Shown: positions 21,570-30,312 of the stretch, piece after piece
Layout: the number at the start of each line of letters is the position of its first letter
How positions within the stretch are numbered: the stretch's first letter is position 1
DNA from: Candidatus Latescibacterota bacterium
Lineage (GTDB): Bacteria; Latescibacterota; UBA2968; UBA8231
DNA length: 64,000 bases
Assembly (NCBI GenBank): GCA_965221775.1
Contig: CBDCSU010000006.1
Location: 544,001-608,000 of the forward strand
Direction of reading: 5' to 3'
Position numbers and translations under genes: made by a program
Notes under the pieces: model-generated
The model's input: the letters and a program-made list of their open reading frames with translations, nothing else
Told to the model about the DNA's origin: nothing
The model's database searches: none

Positions 21570-22955
21570 TCAGGCTCCCTGTAGTTGCTCGGCCAGCTCC
21601 TCGGCGGGATAGGTGAGGATCTCGGCCAGGGTCGGGTGGTAGTGGGGGATCTCCATCAGGTGGCGCACGGTGCCGCGGAAGTACATCACCGCCGCCAGCT
21701 CGTGGATCAACTCGCCGGCCTCCGGCCCGACGATGCCGGCGCCGAGGATCTCGCCGGTGGCGGGATCGCAGAGGATCTTGGCGTGGCCGTGCAGCTCGCC
21801 CAGGGTCATCGACTTGCCGTGGTCCTCGAAGGGATAGCTGGCCGCCAGGTAGGGGATGCCCTCCTCCCGGCATGGCCTCTCCAGGCGGCCGAGGGTGGCC
21901 ACCGCCGGATCGGTGAAGGTGACGGTCATGTCGAGGCGCGTGTCGAGGCGCCGCGGCTCCCCCTGCAGGTGGACGGCGTTGTAGCCGGCCGCCTCGCCCT
22001 GGAGCACGGCGATGTGGACGATCTCGTGGAGGCCGTTGACGTCGCCGGCGGCGAAGATGTGGGGCTGGCGGGTGCGCATGGCGTCGTCCACGAGGACGCG
22101 GCGGTCGACCTCGACGCCGGCGGCGTCCAGGCCGAGGCCGCCGGTGTTCGGCCGCCGCCCCAGGGCCTGGAAGACGACCTGCCCCGAGGCGGTGCGCTCC
22201 TCCCCGCCGTGGCGGAAGTGGACCGTGGCCATGCCGTTGGCGCGTTCGAGGCGGTGCAGCGTCGTCCCGGTGTACAGCTCCATGCCCTCCTCGCGGAAGC
22301 GGGCCTCCACGGGGCGCGCCAGGTCTTCGTCGGTCTGGGAGAGGATGTGGCCGCTGCGCTGGATCATCACCGTCTGCACCCCGAGGCGGCAGTAGAACTG
22401 GGCCAGCTCGCAGGCGATGGGACCGCCGCCGAGAACGACCATCGACGCCGGCAGGTCGCGCAGGTCGAGGGCGTCGTCGGAGGTGATGAAGCCGGTCTCC
22501 TCCAGGCCGGGGATCGGCGGCCGGCTGATGGCGGAGCCGGTGGCGATGACGAAGGCGCGGGCGGTGAGCCGGCGGCCGCCGACCTCGATCTCGCGGGCAC
22601 CGGTGAAGCGCGCCGGCGCCTCGTAGAGGGTGAAGCCGCGCAGCTGCTCGACGCGGTGGTCGGCGAACTCGCGGATCAGGCGGTCCTTGCGGTCGATGAT
22701 CGCCTCCAGATCGGCACCGGGTCCCGGCGCCGAGAGGCCGAACTCCGGGGCCCGGCGGATCAGGGACATGACATCCGAGGAGCGCAGCACCGACTTGCTC
22801 GGCATGCAGCCCCGCAGGATGCACAGCCCCCCCAGCGGCCCGGGGTCGACGATGGCCACGTCGGCGCCCTCGTCGCGGGCCGTGCGCGCCGCCGCGTACC
22901 CCGCCGAGCCGCCGCCGATGACGATGACGTCGTGGTCGATACTCGATGCCGCCAT
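21570..22955 (-). CDS. Dihydrolipoyl dehydrogenase-family FAD-dependent disulfide oxidoreductase
   Basis: IGGGSAG, GGLCILRGCMPSK redox disulfide, IATGS, AAGDV, HYHPTLAE; alternative start 22973. Confidence 0.88.
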   Translation of the reverse strand: MAASSIDHDVIVIGGGSAGYAAARTARDEGADVAIVDPGPLGGLCILRGCMPSKSVLRSSDVMSLIRRAPEFGLSAPGPGADLEAIIDRKDRLIREFADHRVEQLRGFTLYEAPARFTGAREIEVGGRRLTARAFVIATGSAISRPPIPGLEETGFITSDDALDLRDLPASMVVLGGGPIACELAQFYCRLGVQTVMIQRSGHILSQTDEDLARPVEARFREEGMELYTGTTLHRLERANGMATVHFRHGGEERTASGQVVFQALGRRPNTGGLGLDAAGVEVDRRVLVDDAMRTRQPHIFAAGDVNGLHEIVHIAVLQGEAAGYNAVHLQGEPRRLDTRLDMTVTFTDPAVATLGRLERPCREEGIPYLAASYPFEDHGKSMTLGELHGHAKILCDPATGEILGAGIVGPEAGELIHELAAVMYFRGTVRHLMEIPHYHPTLAEILTYPAEELAEQLQGA

Positions 22956-23043
22956 GTCGTACCCTTTCCCCATGATGCCTCCGACGTTCCTCCCTCCGGT
23001 CAGGACCGCCGCGAGAACAAGCGGGTTGACTCCGATGCCCGCA

Positions 23044-24267
23044 ATGCGGCGCGCCCCCATCGCTCTCGCCCTGACCCTGGCGGGGATCCTGCTGCAGGCC
23101 CCGGGGGCCGGGGCGCAGGAACAGCCCGCCCCGGACGCCCCCTACACCCTGCGCGGCCCCGCCGACCCGCGCATCCAGGCCGGCATCGACCTGATCTACA
23201 GCCTCCGCTTCGACGAGGCCGAGCGCTACTTCGGGCGCATCATCGCCGCCGACCCCGGCCACCCCCTGGGCCACTTCTTCCTGGCCACGGTCACCTGGTG
23301 GCGGATCCTCGTCGACCTGGAGGACCGCTCCCACGACGAGGCGTTCTACACGCTGCTGCAGCGCTGCATCGACGTCTGCGACCGGCGCCTGGAGGCCGAC
23401 CCCGACGACTTCGACGCCATCCTCTTCAAGGGCGGCGCCATCGGCTTCCGGGGGCGGCTGCGCGGCGACCGGCGCCAGTTCCTGAAGGCGGCCCACGACG
23501 GGCTGCTCTCCCTGCCGCTGCTGGAGAAGAGCCGCAGCCTGGAGCCGGAGAACAAGGACATCCTCTTCGGCCAGGGGATCTACAACTACTTCGCCGAGGT
23601 CATCCCCCAGCGCCACCCGATCGTGCGGCCGGTCATGTGGCTGCTGCCCGACGGCGACAAGGAACTCGGGCTGGAACAGCTTCGGCAGGTGGGCCGCGAG
23701 GGGCGCTACGCCCGCGCCGAGGCCCTCTACTTCCTGGCCCAGATCCACCGCCTCTTCGAGGAGGACGCCGCCGCCGCCCTGCCCTACCTGGAGCAGCTCC
23801 ACCGGCGCTACCCGGACAACTCCCTCTTCCACCGCTACGTCGGCCGCGCCCTCGTCGGCGTCGACCGCTGGCGCGAGGGCACCGCGGTCTACGAGGAGGT
23901 CGCCGCCCGCAGCCGCGCCGGCGATCCGGGATACCACACCCGCGGCCACATCGAGGCCCTCTACTACATCGGCCGCAACGCCCAGCGCCAGGCCCGGCTC
24001 CGGGATACGGTGCGCGCCCTGGCCGCCGCCGACAGCCTCTCCTACGGGCTCGGTGAAAAGGCGAAGGCCCAGTCGGTCCGGGGGTACGTGCCGATGGCCA
24101 ACCTTTATATGGGCATCGCCCTGAAGGAGCTGGGAGAGGCGGAAGCCGCCGGGGTCCGCTTCCGGCGCGTCCTCGAGCTGCCCGACCACGAGGGCACCCG
24201 CGACCTGGCCCGCCGCTACCTCAAGCTTCAGAAGCGCAAGGCCGCGGCCTCGCCCCCCGGCTCGTAG
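23044..24267 (+). CDS. Secreted tetratricopeptide-repeat protein
   Basis: Signal peptide, repeated TPR-like helices (EALYFLAQIH, EALYYIG, ANLYMGIAL), host-like codons. Confidence 0.8.
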   Translation: MRRAPIALALTLAGILLQAPGAGAQEQPAPDAPYTLRGPADPRIQAGIDLIYSLRFDEAERYFGRIIAADPGHPLGHFFLATVTWWRILVDLEDRSHDEAFYTLLQRCIDVCDRRLEADPDDFDAILFKGGAIGFRGRLRGDRRQFLKAAHDGLLSLPLLEKSRSLEPENKDILFGQGIYNYFAEVIPQRHPIVRPVMWLLPDGDKELGLEQLRQVGREGRYARAEALYFLAQIHRLFEEDAAAALPYLEQLHRRYPDNSLFHRYVGRALVGVDRWREGTAVYEEVAARSRAGDPGYHTRGHIEALYYIGRNAQRQARLRDTVRALAAADSLSYGLGEKAKAQSVRGYVPMANLYMGIALKELGEAEAAGVRFRRVLELPDHEGTRDLARRYLKLQKRKAAASPPGS

Positions 24268-24827
24268 TCCCACTGGCGCAGGATCTCGTAGACGACGACG
24301 GCCGCGGCGGCGGCGACGTTGAGGGAGTTCTTGAAGCCGAAGACGGGCACCTCGATCAGCTCGTCGCAGCTCTCCAGCACCGAGGGCTGCACTCCCAGAG
24401 CCTCGTTGCCGAGGACCAGGGCCACGGGCCGCGGGTAGCTCACCCGCGCGTAGTGGCGGCTGCGCGACGTCGTCTCCAGGGCCCACACGGGAACGCCGTC
24501 CTCCCGCAGCCGCTGGAGCGCCTCCTCCGTCGTCGGGTAGTGCCGGGTGGCCACGTAGTCGAGGCTGCCGAGGGCGGTCTTGTCGAGGCGCGGATGGGGC
24601 GGATGGGCGGTGTGGCCGCAGGTGAGCAGCCCCGCCAGCCGGGCCGTGTCGGCGACCCGGAAGAGGGCGCCCACGTTGAAGGCGGAGCGCAGGTTGTCGA
24701 GCACCAGGAGGACGGGGAACTTGGGGCGGCGGGCGTACTCGTCGGGGGAGATGTCGAGGTCGCGGCCCCGGACCTCGAAGCCGGACTCTTCGAGGCCGGA
24801 GACCTGCCGCCGATCAGGTGGACCCAC
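24228..24827 (-). CDS. SpoU/TrmH-family RNA methyltransferase
   Basis: LDNLRSAFNVGALFR, LVLGNEALGV, VPVFGFKNSLNVA; start uncertain. Confidence 0.9.
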   Translation of the reverse strand: MGPPDRRQVSGLEESGFEVRGRDLDISPDEYARRPKFPVLLVLDNLRSAFNVGALFRVADTARLAGLLTCGHTAHPPHPRLDKTALGSLDYVATRHYPTTEEALQRLREDGVPVWALETTSRSRHYARVSYPRPVALVLGNEALGVQPSVLESCDELIEVPVFGFKNSLNVAAAAAVVVYEILRQWDYEPGGEAAALRF

Positions 24828-25839
24828 AGGACTCTCGCACGATCAGGCGGGGGGTCAGGGTGACTCTCCGAGGGCGGCAAGCGCCGCCTTGCAGCAACTC
24901 CAGCATCAGATCCATCACCGTCTCGGCGATCTCTTCGTAGGGGGTAGCCAAGGTGGTCAGGGCTGGCGACTGATAGGCTGACACCTCCAGATCGCCCTGC
25001 CCCACCACGGCCACATCCTCGGGAACGCGCAGCCCCGCCTCCCTCAGCCCGCGACACAGGCCGATGGCAATGTAGTCGGTCCGGCAGACATAGGCCGTGA
25101 ACCGGTCGAGGGTTGCCTTGCCCAGCTGATAGCCAGAGCGAACCAGATGAGTTGCACGCAGGCGCTCCGGGGTCAGGTGGTGCTCTTGCATGGCTCGGAA
25201 ATAGCCTCGCGCCTTGGCGGAACCCACCCGATCCCGATTCCAGTCCGAGCCGATGAACCCGATCCGCTCGTGCCCGAGTCGGATCAGATGCTCTGTGACC
25301 TCGAAGAAACCCGCCGTCTCGTCCAGCTCGACGCCGCTCAGATCCTTGCTCGTCGGAAGGACAAACGTCACTACGGGCAGTAGGCCCTCTACCGCCCGAA
25401 GAATGCGCCCGGACTCCCACCCCTCCCCTCGGGCATGTACCAGAAGACCGTCGACGCCGCGGGACACCATCTGCTGGATCTGCCGGCTCCGCTGCTCCGG
25501 GTCAATCGGAGAACGCGGATGAGCGTCCAGGCTCACCAGGATCTGGTAGTTCCGCCGGTCCGCCGCCTTCAGGATCTCATCGGCGTACCTGCCATGGATC
25601 TCGCGGTTGAGCTGGTAGGTCAGCAGGCCCAGGGTGCCCGTCCGGCCGGTCACGAACCCCTTGGCCATCAGGTTCGGAGTGTAGCCCAGCTCCGCGGCCA
25701 GCCGCTTGATCCGCTCTCGGGTCTTCTCGGTCACCAGGGCGGCAACCTCGGGGTTCTGAGACAGGGCGCGGGACACCGTCGTGTGGGTAACCCCCAACTC
25801 CCGGGCGATGTCCTTGATGGTGACCCGTTTCTTGCTCAT
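24814..25839 (-). CDS. LacI-family transcriptional regulator
   Basis: VTIKDIARELGVTHTTVSRAL, LGYTPN, LGHERIGFI, VPEDVAVVG, PALTT, LIVRES. Confidence 0.95.
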   Translation of the reverse strand: MSKKRVTIKDIARELGVTHTTVSRALSQNPEVAALVTEKTRERIKRLAAELGYTPNLMAKGFVTGRTGTLGLLTYQLNREIHGRYADEILKAADRRNYQILVSLDAHPRSPIDPEQRSRQIQQMVSRGVDGLLVHARGEGWESGRILRAVEGLLPVVTFVLPTSKDLSGVELDETAGFFEVTEHLIRLGHERIGFIGSDWNRDRVGSAKARGYFRAMQEHHLTPERLRATHLVRSGYQLGKATLDRFTAYVCRTDYIAIGLCRGLREAGLRVPEDVAVVGQGDLEVSAYQSPALTTLATPYEEIAETVMDLMLELLQGGACRPRRVTLTPRLIVRESCGST

Positions 25840-25886
25840 TCCCGTTGCACTCCCGCGCCATCGAGGTTGGGCGCTCGGAGTAGGGA

Positions 25887-25938
25887 TGTCAAACGTGGAA
25901 TTGACTTCCCACGTGTGTATTACCTATTATACACGTGG
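25887..25938 (+). promoter_or_regulatory. Sigma70 promoter overlapped by LacI-type operators
   Basis: TTGACT(25901)-N18-TATTAT(25925); three ACGTG-centred sites; inverted repeat CCACGTGTGTA...TATACACGTGG; divergent TTGACA on the minus strand at 25887-25892. Confidence 0.65.
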
Positions 25939-26048
25939 TCATTGCCTTGCGATGCCGAGCAGGAGGGCGCCGGAAGTCCGAGACGGCGCTTGGTCCGCAG
26001 GGAGGGTTCGCGGGGCCCTTGCTCGGCTCAACAAGCGGGAGTGCAGCC

Positions 26049-26540
26049 ATGAGGGTCTTCGCAACCTGTCTCATCGGACTCGTGGGGGCATGGGCCCATG
26101 CAACGGCAGAGCCCCTGGTCGAAGGCCGGGTGCTCCTGCCCTCGGGCGGGCCCGGGGCCGGGTCGCAGGTGCGGCTGTTCGACCTGACCGATCTTCGTGC
26201 GGCGCCCGTCGGGACGGCCGCGGATGAGTCCGGGCATTTCACCCTCCCTCTCACGGCCTTGCCGAGGCTCGCCCTTCCCGAGCGATTCGAGCTGGGTCGG
26301 CTGGTTTGGGTGGGCCGGGCGGCGTGGGGGGACCGGCCGCAAACGGAGGAGGCGGGGCGCCGGCCCCGGTCTACCGGGTTGACCGTCTCGGGTTCGGGGC
26401 TGGTCCCCTACGTCGACCCGGCCTTCCGGGTGACGGCGGGCATGGCCCCGGGGGAGGTGGTGGTTGGAGACCCCGGGCAGCGCCCCGTCGGCGAAGGTGG
26501 CCTCCGGCGGGATCCCTCGGCGACGTGATGCTCAACGACG
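26049..26540 (+). pseudogene. Internally deleted copy of the secreted-protein header module
   Basis: MRVFATCLIG...VEGRV...QVRLFDLTDLRAAP...DESGHFTL...LPERFELG then jumps to the LTVSG...PYVDPAFRV segment; near-colinear with 40166-40915 but lacks the FlgD-like part and breaks at the dockerin. Confidence 0.8.
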
Positions 26541-26678
26541 GCGCGGGCTCAATCCACCCCGCCGTCATGCCTCGCAAGCTGCGGCAACGTGGCCCGAGGG
26601 AAAGCAAACAAGCAAGTCTTCCGAGAACTCTTGCGAGTGCGGCTCCCGGCTCCAGCCGACAGGCACTCGTTGCCGATG

Positions 26679-27305
26679 TCAGCGCCGGTCATGCGGGAGG
26701 TCGGCCACCGCCATCACCAGCTGCACCAGTTCCACCTGCCGGGAGATTCCCTGCTTTTCGAAGATGTGCTTGATGTGCCACCTGATGGTGGTCACGCTCC
26801 GCCCCGTCGCGGCGGCGATGTCGCGGATGGTCTTTCCCTGCGCCAGCGACACCGCCACCTGGCTTTCCGCCGGGGTGAGGCCGAGTACGGCCCCCACGCG
26901 GTCCGGGTCGATGGCCGCACGGGACGCCGGATCGACAACCAGCACGAGTGCGCCCAGGCGGCCCTGAGTCAGGTCCGTCCCCTCCTCGCTCAGAGGATTG
27001 ACGTGCAGCACGAGGCGGACCCGCCCACTCACCATCATGGAACCGCTCCCTCCAGGTCCGCCCAGAAACGGGAGCGCCTGCGCCAGGAGCCCCTGGAGCT
27101 TCTCGTCCTCCCGAGGGATCGAGGCCTGCAGGAAACCCCTCCGGTCCGACAGCCCGGTTCCTTTGCGCAGGAGTTTGCGCGCATGATCGTTCGCCGTCAC
27201 CACTCGTCCGCGCCGGTCCAGCCGAATGACCCCCGTCCTGTCGTCGTCGAGCACGGCTGCGCGCAACGACCTCAGAATGTGCTCGAACAGATCCTGCCGG
27301 CTCAT
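26679..27305 (-). CDS. LuxR-type helix-turn-helix regulator with a PAS-like segment, probably internally deleted
   Basis: GVIRLDRRGRVVTAN (PAS-like), LGLTPAESQVAVSLAQG...TIRWHIKHIFEKQGISRQVELV. Confidence 0.8.
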   Translation of the reverse strand: MSRQDLFEHILRSLRAAVLDDDRTGVIRLDRRGRVVTANDHARKLLRKGTGLSDRRGFLQASIPREDEKLQGLLAQALPFLGGPGGSGSMMVSGRVRLVLHVNPLSEEGTDLTQGRLGALVLVVDPASRAAIDPDRVGAVLGLTPAESQVAVSLAQGKTIRDIAAATGRSVTTIRWHIKHIFEKQGISRQVELVQLVMAVADLPHDRR

Positions 27306-27369
27306 GGGAATCCGTCTCCAAAACCGGGTCCGCCCCATCTCAAGGCACGACCCCTACCGCATAGGTAGA

Positions 27370-27414
27370 ATGATAGCCTCTCGACTGCCATTTGCACCCC
27401 CCAAAATGGAGGGG
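27370..27414 (-). promoter_or_regulatory. Conserved box plus -10 promoter, copy 1 (upstream of luxR)
   Basis: CCCCTCCATTTTGGGGGGTGC-N18-TATCAT. Confidence 0.65.
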
Positions 27415-27553
27415 AAAGCACCCGCAATTGAGGGTTTTTGGAGGTTTTTCCAAATTCGCCCGCTTTCACGCCACACGCCACATTGTGAGTACCGGAATGC
27501 CGCCACCGCAAGCCCGTGCGCGTGCAGTGCTCTTCTAGGAAATCTACTGCGAC

Positions 27554-27598
27554 CCCCTTCACTTTGGGGGCGGAAAGAGGCGCTCGACTCCTTATGGT
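27554..27598 (+). promoter_or_regulatory. Conserved box plus -10 promoter, copy 2 (divergent from luxR)
   Basis: CCCCTTCACTTTGGGGGCGG-N19-TATGGT. Confidence 0.6.
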
Positions 27599-27619
27599 TT
27601 CCTTGGCGGGGTCGCGCTC

Positions 27620-27920
27620 GTCCGGCGCAGCGGCGGCATCGGCTTCGGGGTGGACTTCGGCATGGCCGGCGTCGGCCACGGACGGGAGGACCACCTTCAG
27701 CGCAGGCATGCTCAACCTCGTGCACTTCATCAGGTGAAGCATCGGATCCCGGCTGGACCCGGTGTGTGCGAGGTGACCAGGCTGAGGGTGACCCGTTTTC
27801 TCGATCCGGACCAGGTACGGGGTAGCCAGTGCCAGGTAGGGGCGGCTGTTCGATCTGCCCGGGGCCCGCCGGGGCGACCGGGGGGCCCCCGGCCGGAGCG
27901 GTTCGCGCTGGGGGCGAATC
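27620..27920 (+). pseudogene. Gene debris: beta-barrel-like C-terminus and a further header fragment
   Basis: GGIGFGVDFGMAGV / TTFSAGMLNLVHFIR* ending 27737, then RLFDL and PERFALGAN fragments at about 27830-27920. Confidence 0.5.
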
Positions 27921-28032
27921 CTGTACTCAGTGACCTCTCAGGTCAGCCCATCGCGCGCTGGATTCCTACCGCTTGTCCGCACCGGACGTCCTCCACGCGA
28001 GATACAGCGCAGCTCGCACTCTTCCTCAATTC

Positions 28033-28078
28033 CCCCTCCATTTGGATGGCGCCAAGAAGCCCTGCACTGCCGTACAAT
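28033..28078 (+). promoter_or_regulatory. Conserved box plus -10 promoter, copy 3
   Basis: CCCCTCCATTTGGATGGCGC-N20-TACAAT upstream of the beta-barrel gene. Confidence 0.65.
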
Positions 28079-28195
28079 GCTATCTCAGCGGATGGCGCCT
28101 AACGGGCGAACCGCCGAATGCCAGGCGGGTGCCAAGGCAGCGAAGAGGGCACGGCAAACCTCCACTCGTCCTCTTCCAACAACGGAGCAGCAGAC

Positions 28196-28975
28196 ATGAC
28201 GAACGCACAACCACTCCTCGTGAGCGTCATGGCCTTGATGGTCATGGCACTCTCCCCCCTATACGGCCAGAGTGCCGAGACCTCAGCTCCCGAGACCCCT
28301 CGATTCACGCTCGGGGTTCAAGGCGCCCTGAGTGCGGCCACACTTGGTGGAGTGGAGGAAAATCAGTTCGGGGACCTCAGCTATCGCTTCAGCCTGGAAA
28401 ACTACCGCGTTTCCGGGACGTTCCCCCTGACCCCAAAATTGGGCCTGCAGCCCAGCGTAGCCTATGTAGCCAAGGGCGCTGCTCAACACTTGGGTATCGA
28501 GGGTGCCGAGGGTGGTGCGTCATACGAGATAAAACTCGACTACATCGAGTTGTCGGCCTTGGGCGTGGCGAGCACGGCTACTCTGGGTAGAAGCAACAGC
28601 GCCGTGTATGCGCTCGCGGGACCGACGCTGGGATTCCAAGCCGGATGCACGGCCGAGGTCACCGATCACCCGGGCGGGGATGACTTCGTAGGTGCCCTTC
28701 TCGAAGCGATGTTGGGAGAACCGCTGGACTGTGGCGATGCTTTCAAGGGCTCGGACTTGGGCATTACTGTGGGTGTCGGCTGGGACTGGCAACCGAAACA
28801 ACCCACTCCTGACATAGGAGTTCTATCGGGGCTGAAGGGTTCGCTGGAGATACTGTACACCCTGGGGCTTCAGTCGATTGCCAGCGACGAGTCTGGGGAT
28901 GGCGGCTCCGTTGTGGGGGGAGACCCCAAGAACCGGGCACTGGTTGTGTGGGTAGGTGCCTCCCTACCCCTCTGA
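28196..28975 (+). CDS. Outer-membrane beta-barrel protein (PorT/porin-family-like)
   Basis: Signal peptide; LQPSVAYVAKG, KLDYIEL, LAGPTLG, DLGITVGVG, YTLGL, KNR...VGASLPL. Confidence 0.75.
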   Translation: MTNAQPLLVSVMALMVMALSPLYGQSAETSAPETPRFTLGVQGALSAATLGGVEENQFGDLSYRFSLENYRVSGTFPLTPKLGLQPSVAYVAKGAAQHLGIEGAEGGASYEIKLDYIELSALGVASTATLGRSNSAVYALAGPTLGFQAGCTAEVTDHPGGDDFVGALLEAMLGEPLDCGDAFKGSDLGITVGVGWDWQPKQPTPDIGVLSGLKGSLEILYTLGLQSIASDESGDGGSVVGGDPKNRALVVWVGASLPL

Positions 28976-29178
28976 ATCGGCAGGGCTTGGTGGACGGGGC
29001 AGCCTGACGCGGCGGTTCTGTCCCTCAAGGGGAGAGCGCGTTTCTCCACCTCAAACTCGGCGAGGAGAGACGCCCTCTTCACGCGGAGTTACAATCTCAG
29101 ATGAATAAGCCTTCAAAGAGTGCAACCTGTTGACCTTCAATGTGAAAGTCGTCCCCCCTCCAAGAGGAGAATTCTCTG

Positions 29179-30297
29179 ATGAAGGAGACTCAATTTTGGC
29201 TCCTGCCTCTCTTGTGGCTCTCTCCCCTGCTTATAGGCTGTGGTACTAAGGCAGTTTATCTCACGGTGACACGTCCGGCCGAGGTCAACCTCAGAGACTT
29301 CGACAAAATCGCGGTCGGAGAAATCAAGGTGCACGGGAGCGCCGTTTTCTCCGAGGAGTTGATGCAGGCCCTCTTTGACTCCGAACGATTCGAAGTGCTG
29401 GACCACGAGAGCCTGAAAATGGCCCTCAGCCAGAACGACCTCGTCATGAGCACTCTGATGGAAGGGGACAGTGAAGAGGAAATCAGGAGGATCTTCGGCA
29501 ACATTGCGCTCATCTCCGGCAATATTACAGGGTACGAGTACGACGAGAATTTGACCTCCACAACAAGCGAAAAGAAGGATAAAGAGACGGGCAAGGTCAC
29601 CACCACGCGAACCTACAAACGTACGGGAACCGCAAGAGTAGGCGCCAGCCTGCGGATCATGGACTTGCGGACGGCAAGAATCTTGGCAACGAAGAACCTC
29701 ACCAGGTCCAAGAGTGCGAATAGAACGAAAACGAATTCCCGACCGGGACGAATAGATTCCTTGGCCCTCTTTCGGAACTGTAGAGCGCAGATCATCAGCT
29801 CCTTTATGCGGGTGATTGCCCCCTATACCGAGCGGGTGCAGGTGTCCTTTGAGACCGCCAAGGAGATGCCGGAATTGGAACGGGGGTTCAATTTGGCCAA
29901 GCTGGGCAATTGGGATGCCGCGATCGGCATCTTTGAAGAGGTGACTCGGGCGTACTCCAGTTCTCCTGTAGTCCACAAGGCCTACTATAATCTCGGTTTG
30001 AGTTACATGTACTCGGATCGATTCGACGAGGCAAAAGCTGCATTGGAAGAAGCCTATGTCTCAAAACCGGAGAGAAAGTACAAGAAGGCCATCGACGAAC
30101 TTGATGTGCGCATCGAAGACACGCGTCGGCTGGAAGAGCAACGACGGGTTGATCCAGAAGCAGCGGAAGGCGACGGAGCACCCGTGGAGGAGCAAGAACA
30201 GCCGGATGCAGAGGGAAGCGATGGCGACCCCATGGAGATGCAGGGTCAACCCGAGGCAGAAGGAACGGTTACCGAACCCATGAAGGACCAGAGGTAA
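29179..30297 (+). CDS. Lipoprotein with CsgG-like domain, TPR and acidic repeat tail
   Basis: Lipobox LLIGC; FEVLDHESL segment; TPR KAYYNLGLSY; three approx. 16-aa acidic repeats at the C-terminus. Confidence 0.75.
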   Translation: MKETQFWLLPLLWLSPLLIGCGTKAVYLTVTRPAEVNLRDFDKIAVGEIKVHGSAVFSEELMQALFDSERFEVLDHESLKMALSQNDLVMSTLMEGDSEEEIRRIFGNIALISGNITGYEYDENLTSTTSEKKDKETGKVTTTRTYKRTGTARVGASLRIMDLRTARILATKNLTRSKSANRTKTNSRPGRIDSLALFRNCRAQIISSFMRVIAPYTERVQVSFETAKEMPELERGFNLAKLGNWDAAIGIFEEVTRAYSSSPVVHKAYYNLGLSYMYSDRFDEAKAALEEAYVSKPERKYKKAIDELDVRIEDTRRLEEQRRVDPEAAEGDGAPVEEQEQPDAEGSDGDPMEMQGQPEAEGTVTEPMKDQR

Positions 30298-30312
30298 GGG
30301 AGGAAGGCACGC

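Noticed and set aside
21570-22955. Mercuric reductase merA
   Set aside because: No C-terminal Cys-Cys pair, no NmerA domain, no mer operon; has an HPTxxE motif instead
29150-29170. Fifth copy of the CCCCTCCA box upstream of the 29179 lipoprotein
   Set aside because: Only the first 8 nt match; it overlaps the RBS region and lacks the right arm and the spaced -10
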